Below are positions 1-13,080 of a DNA stretch of 64,000 bases, one piece after another. Source of the stretch: Lingula anatina. Lineage: Eukaryota > Animalia > Brachiopoda. Position 1 is the stretch's first letter. The number at the start of each line of letters is the position of its first letter. The translations under genes and the position numbers were made by a program. Location of the stretch: assembly GCA_051362555.1 (NCBI GenBank), contig CM120643.1, positions 12,684,644 to 12,748,643 of the forward strand, read 5' to 3'. The notes beneath the pieces are model-generated. The model was not told the origin of the DNA and did no database searches. It saw only the letters and a list, made by a program, of their open reading frames with translations.

Positions 1-327
1 CCTTGTTATCAAGTTAAACAATGGAGATGTATCCTGTCACTTAACCTTGCTTTCAGAACTTTTACATAGTCTTTTTCATGTGTATCTTTCAAAATGACAA
101 ACACATATGATCAAATTGTTTGAATTTAGCAATTATCTAACTTCATGTTCGATGAAAAAGCTTTTTAACTGATACTCATTTAATGATGGTTAAAGAAAGG
201 AGCCATTCACATGATTTAGGTCCTCAGGGCCTTTGATGAAGGGTCAAAATCTCTTTTTATGCAGAGCTGACATTTTTCAACCATAAACTGAAAGCTGTCT
301 CCACATTATTCTTTACATTATTCCTAC

Positions 328-3300
328 CTGCTCTTCATACTTGCTGTTGGTCTCCTGCATCTCCACATAGTCCATCTTCAGTCTCTGTATCGCTTCCTCA
401 CGCCTCTTCACCTGAATACACATAGGAGACATAAAATTCTTGGATTCATATGTTAACAATCTATATCATTTTTTTTTTATTTCAAGAAAAAAAAAGGCAG
501 ACCATTAATAATATTCTAAGATAATGCCATTTAACTATTTTTTCTTTTTTTATGAAAAAGAAAACTCACCATTTTTAATCTCTTTATCCTTCTCTGTATA
601 TAATAACAACAACAACAACAATACACTATGCAAGGCGACTGTTTTTTCATTCTTTTACTTTAAAAAGAAAACACCAAAAACCTTAAACTTATCCCTATAT
701 AATGATATTCAGTAATTTTTCTATATATTTTTTCTTCAATATAACACAGGCACTCTTTCACCTCTGTATTCCACTAAGAGAAGACCTTGCTTACCTCAGC
801 AGACAAGACATCCTTGTCACTTTGTGCATTGATGGCAAAGGCCTGCACCCTGGCCTCCAGGCGGCCATTTTCCTCCACTGCCTCCTTGTACTGCTTGCGG
901 ACAACATTCAGGTCATTCTCCAACTGCTGGACTGTGATGTCGCGCCTCGACAGCTAAAATATACACATTCAGAAAACTAATTAACAATATGACCGACAGC
1001 TAAAATATACCCATTTAGAAAACTAATTAACAATATGACCATTTAATCCAAATCTATGTATATAAACATTTTATTCACAATTTATGCAAATCTTGATTTT
1101 AACCAAATCAATTCAATTAAATATTCTAAATGTGGTCTTTAGCATATTTGCATTATGTCTAAATTATGTTACCAAGTACATTAGAAAAAAAAAAACTTTA
1201 ACAAATTGCATCTGTGTTGTCCATCTTTTTTTACCTATAATACATGTAAAAGGAATTTCATTTCAGTATCTTGACTACTCTCTCTATATATAATTTTTTA
1301 TCTCTGAGATCATATATGACACTGGAGAAATATTTAGAGGAAAAGTTTTCAGCAGACATCACTCACATCATCCTTTAATCTCCTGCTCTCTTCTTGAGCA
1401 TTCATCAGGTTCACCTCCATCTTGTGTATCGTCTGCTCCTTCCTGGCCACCTCATCCTGGACCCCCTGGAGTTGTGTTTGTAGACCCCGGATTGCTTCCT
1501 CCTTGCCTAGGATCTGGAGACAACCAGAAGATAGATTACAAATAATAACTGTTTATTATGTTATTATTTTTCCTCATCGTGCATTAGCTTGCGTAATTCA
1601 ACCAAGATCCTTGAATACAAGTCCTCCAACATCCTGTGGAATGCATGAGAGGTAATCAACATCAGCTGTCATTAGCCATCCATGAATAGGGACATCAACA
1701 TTTACCAACTACCCAACATTTACAACAGGATCCTGACTGCTATACCACCTAGCGGTCATTAAGTAACACCATCTACTCATGTCAGTCTGATGAAGACTTA
1801 TGACCAAGTTGGCTGCAAGCTAACGGGGAGGAAATTTTTTTCCAGTTTGCATCAAATAGTTGTGATTTTTATTCAAATACCAAGCTAATGAACATTTCTG
1901 CTCATTCAGAAGAAAGACTGTTTGAAAAGAATTAAGACAAAAATTTAGATTGGTCCGAACTTTTTTAGACCAAACTTGAACTTTTGACCAATCTACACAG
2001 TAACTCCATAAACTTCATATGCATTCAACACCTACTTTAATTAAAAAGCAACTATTTCAAGGATTTCCTGTTCTGCTTTTCTGAAGCCCCTCCTGTTTAC
2101 CTGTTCACTGCCTTGCTGGTGCTTGTCCTTCAGTGACAGTATATCAGCCTGCAGCTTGGTGATGAGGTCCTCCTTCTCGGCGACCTCTGACCTGTAGATA
2201 GTGTCCTGTTGACTGAGGGTTAGATCCTTCTCCTGAACCTCTGTCTCTAAGCGGTCAATCTGAAACAATTAAAATGGTTAAAAAATGACCCACCAGATAG
2301 CGACTTGCTGATTTAGGGCACCCTCCAGCCTTTGACTTGCAATGGCACAATTGAAGTTTAAAGGAATGCATTAGCTGCTGAACAAACAAGTAATACAACT
2401 ATTGCCTTTTTTTTTTTTCATTTTTCACTATGATGTGTTTTCCTCCTCTTTTCCCACTATTTGTCATTTGCTAAAAATTTGTTCAAACTGCTTTCAAAAT
2501 CTCTGATTCTTAGCCCCCCCTTTTTTTGTGAAGTCTTAATTTTCAAAACCAACATTGGGATATCAATCATAATATCTTTCACCGTACTTGTCTAAGTTGC
2601 TCCTGATACTTCTGCTCCAAGTTCTGCAGTTCTTTCTCAATTACTGTCTTCCTTTCCTGGCTCTCTGAGCCCCGTCTCCCAGTTTCCTTTAGCTCCTCTC
2701 TCAGCTGCTTTATGACCTCTCCCCGGTGGTGAGCTGTTGCCAGCGCCTCGCTGTGTTTGTCTTCCAGCGTTCTCGTCTCAGCTTTCAGTTTCATCACAGC
2801 ATCGTGTCTCTCAGCAACCTGTAGGGGTGGCATTGGAATGAATATATATAGCTGCACAGCAAACTAAGAAACACAAGATAGTGACTTTAATGGGCATGAA
2901 GATCACATAAATATGACATTTATCTACCAACACACACAATATTTTATAATAATTTTACCAAAATATATTATAATTATTTTTCAGTGAACATATGGGTCAC
3001 AATTCTCTTATTGTCTCAATGAAAAAATTGCAATATTGATCTATCCCTGCTTGTCATTATGTCAATTTTCATTTTCGAGATAATAGTAAACACAATCACT
3101 GTCCTTCGTGCCCAAATGCAACCTATGCTTTAGAGTGCAGCAATGATACCCAACTAAACAATGCTTACCTCAGTAATCAAAACAAATATCTTACCCCACT
3201 CATCTCGGCAGTCATATCTAAACACAATCACAGTTCACCTCAGCAGCCACATCTAACACAATCACATTTCACCTCAGCAGTCACAAATACCACAATCTTT

Positions 3301-6300
3301 GCTCACCTCAGCAGCCACATCTACCACAATCTTTGCTCACCTCAGCAGTCCCATCTATCACAATCACAGTTCACCTCTGCAGTCACATCTAACTCAATCA
3401 CAACTCACCTCAGCAGTCACATCAAACACAATCACAGTTCACCTTGGCAGTCACATCTAACACAATCACAGTTCACCTCTGCAGTCCCATCTAACACAAT
3501 CACAGTTCACCTCTGCAGTCACATCTAACACAATCAACCCTCACAATAGTCACACCTAACACAATCAGCACAATGTCCCACCGAATGACCATTCTTACCT
3601 CAGCGGTCAAAGCGTCCCTGGTGTCCTTAGAGGAAGCCTGCAATTTGTCCAAGCTTTCTTGTAACTTGTCAATCTGGACAAAGCAGAGATTAGAACCACC
3701 AATTAGTAACTTCTCATGCAGTTAGTAGAACAAGCTTAGCCTAGCTCAGCCCATGGTTAATAGCTCCTAATAGTTATCTGATAATAACATGTGCTCCCCC
3801 TTTTACAATGATAACATGAATGTTTGTTTTTTGTATCCTATAAGAAATGCCACATTCATTATTACTGAAACTGTTTAGAAGTAGTTTAATCTTGTTGACA
3901 AACATATATTACAAGTGTGGATTTTAAGAATTTCTGACAGAATGTTGAGTAATCTCATGTTAACTTCCGCACAGATAAAAAAAATTGTTTGGCAATACAG
4001 AAATAATTTTCTTCAAAAGTTAAATGGGTTTCATTTTTGACAAATTTGTGAAATGACTGAAAATACTTGAAAGAGCAGACTAATGCACAAGAAAGTCATC
4101 ATGTTTCAAAATGTACATCATTTTATAATATAAAAGCAATGTGGGTGACCATGGTTAAACTGTCATTATGCTTGAATAGCAGACAACAACACTGCTAATC
4201 ATCTGGAATTTAGTCAATTCACGTACACCCACTATCACAGCAGGAAATGGTTCAATAACATGGACAAGTATAACAGGGATGAGACTGCCATTTAGTGATA
4301 TTTTTAGTTCCTAGAAGTCAGAAATGCACCTATTGTCATCCCTGCTTTTACAGAAAATAGGTTTTTTTTTTGCATTATGCAGATAGTAATGTTTGCCTCA
4401 GAGAGAGAGAAAAAAAAAAAAACTTACGAAATCACAGATCAATGCAAGTTCTCCCATGACAATAACAAAATACTTGTTTAAAGCTTGAAGTCATATATAT
4501 ATATATATATAGGATTCCCTCTATGATTCCCTGACAACCAAATAAAAGCAAAGGTTTTAGGTAATATTAAATGTCACTTGAAACAATCTCTTGAGGGCCA
4601 ATAATGAAAAGAAGCAATTTCCCCCCAGCTGTGCTCAGACATGCCATTTTACATGAGCCGGATGCTGGCTGTATTCCTGGTGGTATAAGCTATGCTGTCG
4701 TCATTATCACATATAATGAGAAACCGGGCGAAAGGGACATCATCATGACATATGACAGATCTTTTACAGTCAACCATGTTGGTACTTTTTGAACTGCTCA
4801 CCCTTTTTTTTTTTTTTTTTTTTGGGGGGGGGGGGGATGTACGTGCCCATAGACAGAGACTGCCAAATATCAGCATAAAGGAAATTACGGATAACTGATG
4901 GGTAAATTTAACATCTCACTGACAGATATTTAGGAAACATCCTCTCAAAAAAAAAAATAATAATAAATAAATATATAAAATTAAAAATAAAAAAGGGGGG
5001 GGGGGAGCCAAAGACATAGGTAGGGAAAATGCCACTGATAAACCCAATTCAAAATTTTCCTTGAATATGTGAACTTCTGTAATTTTCAAATCATTTTTCA
5101 CAACCGTTAAATACTTTTGAAACAACAGATCATCATTACATATTTAACAACTCTTTAGAACAAATTAACTTTCTGGTCACCAGAACAGACTGCTAACTAA
5201 CCAACCTGTAGCATGGTCAAGCTTCGTTTGCACCTCAGAGCCAGAACATCTATTTCCATCTGACCCACTGTGTTCTTGAGTAAAAGCAAAAACTTTTTAT
5301 GATCTTTTTTTAAAAAATTACATTTGAAGTGATTACTAGAACACCACGAGTGATAGGGATTTTGGTGATTTCAAGCTATCAGGGATATCATTCTTTATGG
5401 CATGCAGTTTATTTTAGGACAGGTTTTGTATAAACCATGCAAAGTGAGGCAAACTTTCGCATTTTTACCATGATTCTTTTCTTCAAGAAGCATAAAATGC
5501 AAAACTGTGCAGTGGATGTTATGAAAGCTTTCAATTTCCCATGATACCTTAGTAATCCTACTGAAATAAGATCACAATTATTCATCAGAGTCAGTGGCAG
5601 TGCAAGGTAAGGGTATATAATATCAGTTAGAGCTGTTGGATATATATTATTAGCTGTACAAGGATTCACTGACACCACAATGTTCGTACTAAAGACTCTA
5701 TGACGTTTTTCTTGACATTTTCCCATTCATGTTGTGTGCTTATATGTATTGAGTTTCTGCCGCACTATTATCAAATGTAGTTGATTCCATAGTCATTCAA
5801 GGTGATTTTTTTACTTTCTACCATATCTTTTCTTTTCTCTTTAACCTATCATTATACCAAATCAACCAATCAAGTATAGTTTAATAACATTTCACCTAGT
5901 AAATTAAACACCCAATTGGCATGTGTTAACACACACACACAATTGGAGTTACATATACCTTTTATATAAGGTGCAAAAGTTCATTGATATTATGTTAAAT
6001 TGAATATGAAGTTTCTTTAATTTACAAGGGGCAACGGCTTAATGAATGAAAAAAAAATATGACCCTAAACTAAAAACTCGAATCAAAAGATTTTCAATTT
6101 CAAATTATCATAATAATTATCGTAAGCAGTCTACACTTCAAACTTTGCATTCAGATTCTTACTTCTGGTTGTGGACCTATGGTTTTATTAATTAGGTCTA
6201 CTACCTAAAAGACCTCGTATTTATGTGTCAAGTATGTCAAAGTTTGGTATAAAAGCCATTAGCTTGCCATCAGTTAATTTTGCAATCATTTAAAGCAATA

Positions 6301-6319
6301 GCATCTCAACTCCCAGTCT

Positions 6320-6370
<51 letters not shown>

Positions 6371-9300
6371 AGCAAGTTATTGCTGCATTGCATCCATATT
6401 TGAAGTAATAAAAATGTTTTATTGCCATTCCTGTCAATTTTCCTTGCTTGATAGCCTGACACATACTCAACATCATCACTGCAGCAATAACAACAGCATT
6501 ATGAAGCCAATGCATCAAATACAATACAATAAAAGTTAAAACTACAACCCACTGTAAGCCAACTTATAACAGCAGCATTAACAGCATCAACATCATCACT
6601 TTCACTAAGACAATGCATCCAATACAACACAATACAAAAACCACATTACCACTGTACTGTTATTGTTATTGTTACCTGACTGACTGCCTCAGCATGCCTG
6701 GTTTGCAGACTGTGCATCTCACCTTCCATGCGCGCCATCTGAGCCTGCCGCGTGTTAACCTAGATACATACAAAGACAGAGACATTGGGGTCTGCATGCA
6801 CACTACGGGTTACCCTTCTGGTCAACATGACCCTCTTGTCACCACAGTACCCCTTCATCTTTAAGGGGGGGGGGGGATTTAGGGCATTAAGTTTATATAC
6901 AAGTTGCTGTGCTTTAAAATGTGTTCGAAATTTGGAAGGGAAAAAAAATCAACGAACAGCATTTCTTGAGCTTGAAAATGTGTGAATAACAAATATTCCA
7001 ATCTTGTTTTTTTTCTCACTGCCTTTTCACAAGAACTCAATTTTATTTCATTTATAAAAGTACTTCTTGGCGACCTGGATCATGTTCCCCAAGAGACAGA
7101 AATAGATAATAGAAATCTTCCACCAGAGAACAACAGCCTGATAACGGCATTCACTAACCCGAAGTATAAGTTGCCACATGCTCATCATGCTAACATGCAA
7201 ATGTCAGTGCTCACATTATCAAACAAAACTACCACAATTAGTTAGTTGGATAATAGAAGTGAAAACAGGGGTGCAAGGGAGGGGGGGCATTGTCCAGATT
7301 GGCAGTTACATACAAACTGAAGGCACTGACAACAGGTTGATCAGTCACAAATATCAAAGTTCTTTCAAATATAGTTTTCTTTACAACCCTGATTACACTC
7401 TTTTTATTTTAACGTCTTCCAAATTTAGAAAAAAAAAAAAAAATTTCAAATATCAGTGCAACAAACTGGCTTTCACTTTCTAAATTTCCAAAATGTTATA
7501 CTTTAAAAATGTCCACATGAATAAAAACAAACAAATAAAACAAAAATGTCGACATAAATGAGACTGCTGGTATGAAATCATTTTAATTGTGATTTTAGAA
7601 AAAAACATCATCCTGTCAGTGTCTCCCAGTATCTTCCAGGGAAATATAAACATATAACATTAAAAACAAATATGTGCAACAAAAATAAGTAAACATTATT
7701 TAAATGAAGGCAAATCACCTTGAAATAAAGCAAAAAAGGTGCTTGGTGCATGATATAAAAAACAGAGAAAAATTGTTTACTGAAGTGTAACTAAACATAA
7801 GTATGTTTTATAACAAAAATAAATCCTTTTTCTGTGAAAAAAAGCAAAAGCAATAATTATTTTAGTTAACCGAAGCCATTTTTGAACATACAACAATATA
7901 AAACTAATTTATCAAACCACCAATTATACAAGATATAGACCACACAAATTTACCAGTCAATATATTTCTATCACGTGCACAACAACATTTGAAACAATCT
8001 TTCCACTTTTTATGCCACAGTGATAAACAATATCAATTGTTGGTTCATTTTTCATTTTTTTTGTACCAACCTCAGTGCGACTTTCGTCTAAATATCTCTG
8101 CGTCGTGTCCAGCTCTTGTTCAAGATGGCGGATACGCATTTCACTGTGCTGGATCTAAAATATTCAGAAAGTCAGGTTTATTTAGTGGATGTGTAGAGAC
8201 CGCTCCACAATGTATTTGGTTTGTTTACTTCTCTACTGATTACACTCTTAACATATAAATAGCATATAAACAGCATATAAAGGAAATCTGAAAAATCAAT
8301 GGCATAAGATGTCATTCTTTTATCCAAAACATAAAAAGCACAGCAAGTTCCTTCTAATGATGTAATTCTAAAAGAAAGAGCATCTGTCCATATAAAACAT
8401 GCCATGATTTATTTTACAATGAAAAGGTCAGTGAACAAAAATACATATTTTTTATTGTTATAAAAACAATATAATGAAAGTGACAAAAGTGCAACACAGT
8501 GAAAAGTGAATCACGTTGGCTGTGCATATCAGTATTACAAATAAACTGATTATAGAATTAGTATATGTAATTAAACAAGCAATGGTGAATTGCATCTATT
8601 CTGTAATCAGAATACCAGCGGCCTGTCATGTTGGGTGACACCAGTATGAAGAGTACAAGCTTTTTCCATCACCATTAAATAAATTAAGTTTAATCAGGCA
8701 GGCTACAGAGCAGGATTCTCCCCCCCCCCCCCTCCCCCCCCCCCCCGCAAAAAATAAATAAATAAAAAATAAAATAAAAATAAATAAAAAAAAAAGTCGA
8801 GCATAGAAAGACAGCCTTAAATTAACTGAACAGACAGGAAAGCTAGGACAAATGTGTGTGACCAAGGCTATGGCAAAGCAGTTATCAGAGCAGTGATTTC
8901 AGCCGCATTCCCAATAGAACTATCATTCTACATTGATCGATCCAACTTCACAGGAACTCTCGCTGAATGCAGTCAGATTAACAGATTGACATGTCTTCTC
9001 TCGTTTCCAACATTCTCAAATAGTCCCAAGCTTTTCTGCATTTTACTCAAAGCCAGAAGAAGGTTTTTTAATCTGTCTATCTGATTTCATTCACCAAGAG
9101 TTCCCGCAGAGTTGGATCAATCTAAGAAGAACGATAGCTTCATTGGGAAAGAGCCTTGAGATATCACTGGAAAGTTGGCCTGTGTACTCCAGGTTGCTGA
9201 GGTTTCGAGTGTTTAGTGGGCAAAGAGGCAGGTAAACAGAGCATGAAGGAGGACATGATGTGCACATGTGGACCTCTAATTATAAAGTGCTGTAGTTGAT

Positions 9301-12300
9301 ACTATTTTAAGATAGCCGCAGTATTAGAAGTCTTTGAAAAAAAGACTATTTGTAGATTGGAAAAAAAAAAGTAAATCATTTATTAAGAAGAGACATTTCT
9401 TTACATATGAGACATGGCACTTTCAGCTGACTCATTGACATATTTTGTCTCTTAAGAATCAACCTTTTATTACCATCATTATAGAAGAGACATATTTCAC
9501 CGCATTTGTAGATTGTTAGAATACTGGAAAAATATCCTTTGAAAATATTTTAACAGAAATTAAAAGCTAAGAATGAACAAATTTTTATATGATAATGGAA
9601 AGCTGTAAGTTGACAAGCTATACAAGTAAAATAAGGGGGAAAAAGATAAAAGATAGGCAACGGCATGCACTGACACTGAATAAACTAAAATTCTATACTT
9701 TGTTTGTAATTAGAGATCTGCCTTTTTCATTTACCTGAGTTGTTAAAGTTAATGATTCTGCTAACGACTACAACAACAAAAATAAATAATAAAATAAACA
9801 AACAGATAAAAACTGATGACAGTAAATAAGTTCTCTGAAGGCAAATAATGTCCTGAGTATGGTTAGTAGCATATTACTAAGTGCTAGAATGCAACATCAC
9901 ACAATTCTTGAGCCTGTTCATCTTCTACACCTGATTAAGTGCAGAACAATGAGAGATTGTATTTCCAAGTTATACATCGCTTTCTAACAGAGAAATAATG
10001 TGAACTGAAAAATAACTCCTGGCATCATGTTAACAACGGAAGTATAATTAGACATGCTGCATGCAATGGTTTCCTTTCAAATCACATTTTTTCAATAAGA
10101 AAAGAAAAAGTAGAGCAGAAAAAGATCATGACCTCTCCTCCACAGGATGTGGAGGCACACTTCTTACGAAACATGTTACCTCGAAACGTGACCACCTCAA
10201 GAGAAATATCATGAAAGGCTTTACTTTGCTTGAACTGATGGACAATTAGCTATTCTATCTATGTGGGTGGGTTAACCACTGAACTGTGCCCAATATCAGA
10301 TTAAATGGCAAACGTGCACCCACATTCTAATACTAATCATCATGACCATCATGCAAGCAACTATTCAGACTAGGAACAAACAGGAATCAAAACATCAGTC
10401 CAAATTCGTGTATTGAGGATAATTTTCCATGAAAAAGCTTATGATGAAGCTCTGACCCTGTGGAGCATGATTACTTTAGTAAAATAAAATGGAGATCTCT
10501 GTAAAAATTTCATTTAAAAAAGAATTGAACCCTCTGATAAACTGAATGATATTTCTATTGAGCAATCAAATTGTCTTTCAAGATATTTGACATGCCATAG
10601 AAAATTGGCAAGAATAACTCAGATTCATATTAACGATATAAATGAGAAATTAAAAATAATGTCTAGAAATAGCCTCTTTAATTGAGAATAAGTAAATCAA
10701 AGAAATAATAAGAATAAAAAGTTGATGACAGCTGCAAAACAACATGTTGGTTAGTGGGTTGAGAGGGTTAAGCAGGTAACTACATCAACAAATCACAATG
10801 GCATGAGGGTTGGTTAGTGCTGGTTGCCAAGGTTACCACTCTCACCTCCTCCAGTTTGTCTTTGTACTGTGACTCCAAGGAGTGAATTTTCCTTTCCTGG
10901 GAGTCCAGCTGAAATGGATCACGAAGCAATTGCTAGACTAAACATATTGTACCCTCAACAGAATACTAATACATACCATTTTAAGGTAAATTTTATATTC
11001 AAAATGAGCACTAAAAGTTGGAGCTAAAAATAAAAATAAATAAATCTAAAAAAAATACAAAAATCATTCAAACAAACAATTGTAAGTATCCTTAATGGAA
11101 GACTGAGCAATCACACAAGCAGGCACAAACATACAGACGCACTCAAAGTAACTTCCATCCCATATCCAAGCATCACCTTAACATACCTAACCTAACTAGA
11201 TCTCACATCTACACTCACCATGCCATAGGCGACTGAAAATTGGTAACAGAGTCAAAACAATTTTTATATTTCATTCTGATTTTCATTACCTTGGAGATGG
11301 CATCGTCCCTGGCATCCTGTAAGTTAAGCACCTCGTTCCTCAACTTCTGTATGGTGTCGTCCCTGCGCGCCAACTCCGACTTCAGGACCTCGTGATTATC
11401 CTGTCCTGACCGACCGCTTTCTCGCAGCTTGGTCTGAAGCGCACCAATCTGTGGCATAGAAAAAGATCTGAATGAGGTTAAACTGATTACACACATTTTG
11501 AGCAGTTTCATGTGAAAATATCAACTTGAACAATCTGTGGCAAATATGTGGGAGAAATAAGGAAAAAGATCTGTAAGATAACTGATTACCTTTTGAGTAG
11601 TTTCAAGTTGAAGTATCAATTATCATTTTAAAGAGATAAAAATACAAATAGCCTTTATAGTATTTTAAAATACTAGTACTTCTTTATTGATCAAGTGACT
11701 AATTATATGCATTGTTTGGACTTCAATGGACAAATCAAGGAAACATTTTTTCATTTGGTGAGAAATAGGTATCCAATTGCTTAAAGATATTTTTGAAAAT
11801 AAGTACAGGGTATTTAAAAACAAAACAAAAAGATATATGACAAATAGTTTCATAAATATGTTTTCTTTAGTGAACATCATCTATTCCAACTTTAATCCAG
11901 TTCTCCCCTCTTCCTTTCTTCACCTCGTCATACGCCCTCCTCTTTTGCTCCTGCGAGTCCCTGAGCTCCGTCTCCAATGCACGGATCCTACGCTCATAAT
12001 GGGAAACCTGGAGGTCACAAATTATTGATGAGTTATTATTAAGTCTGGTTGCAAGCCTGGATATCAGAAATAACTAATTAGTTCATTATGGCCCATAATA
12101 AAACCTAGCCAGTTTACCAACATGATTTCCTAACAATGACAATGTATATAATTATAAGAACAACGAAAAAGAAACACAAATGCACACAACTCACACACAA
12201 CTTACACTCAATTAATTTAATGACCTCAAGTTTATCTAGTTCTCATTTCATCCATAAAGTGTTTATGTCCAAAATTAACGATGCTCTGAAAATTACGGGA

Positions 12301-13029
12301 TTCATTTTGTCAATCAATTTTTCCTGAATAAGTTATAAAACTTTGCATGTTTTTTATCGAGTAATGAGCATGCTCTACATATACCACTGTAACAGCTAGA
12401 TCAGCTGCCTTCTGCGGCAAGGCTCACTTATATTTGTCACTCAATTTAAACACACTCCTGTAAACATGTTCACAATATATTAATCCTACTTAAGATGTTT
12501 TAAGTCCACTAATGCCGCTGACAAGGACAGAGTGTTTGCATAAAAGCATGGTGTTAGGTAATCCCATAACGTTTCCTGTTAATTTTAAATTTCCACCTCA
12601 GGAAGGGATGCTTTATTTTCCCTTTGTTGGTTTGTTTGTTAACAGCTTATGTGCAAAAAAATATGGACATAAAATAAGAAAAATTCAGGATAGGTCAGAT
12701 TTTGACTGACTTAAAGTTGATTAGATTTTGGTGGTGATATTTAAATCACCTAAGTAAAAAATAGTAATGGAAACTGATTTGTCTTAGCAGAGGTCTGTGC
12801 TCTGTTAGTGCCTTTATATTTTAAATTTTTTTCCAAATACAACCCCTGGGTACTGTTCAACATGGTATGGAATGTATATAATAAATGACTTAGAAGATAT
12901 CACAGTTGTAGGCTTCAGAACTCAACCCTCCCTCGTTACACTGAAAACAGACTTCAACCTATATCAATTAATAGAAGCAAACCATCCATTGCTATCACAT
13001 TTTTCCCAATTCTAAATATCAGGGATGTG

Positions 13030-13080
<51 letters not shown>

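Noticed and set aside
4604-4876. Short overlapping ORFs in a coiled-coil gene intron
   Set aside because: Built partly on homopolymer runs; only a weak possible 24-nt exon; no homology.
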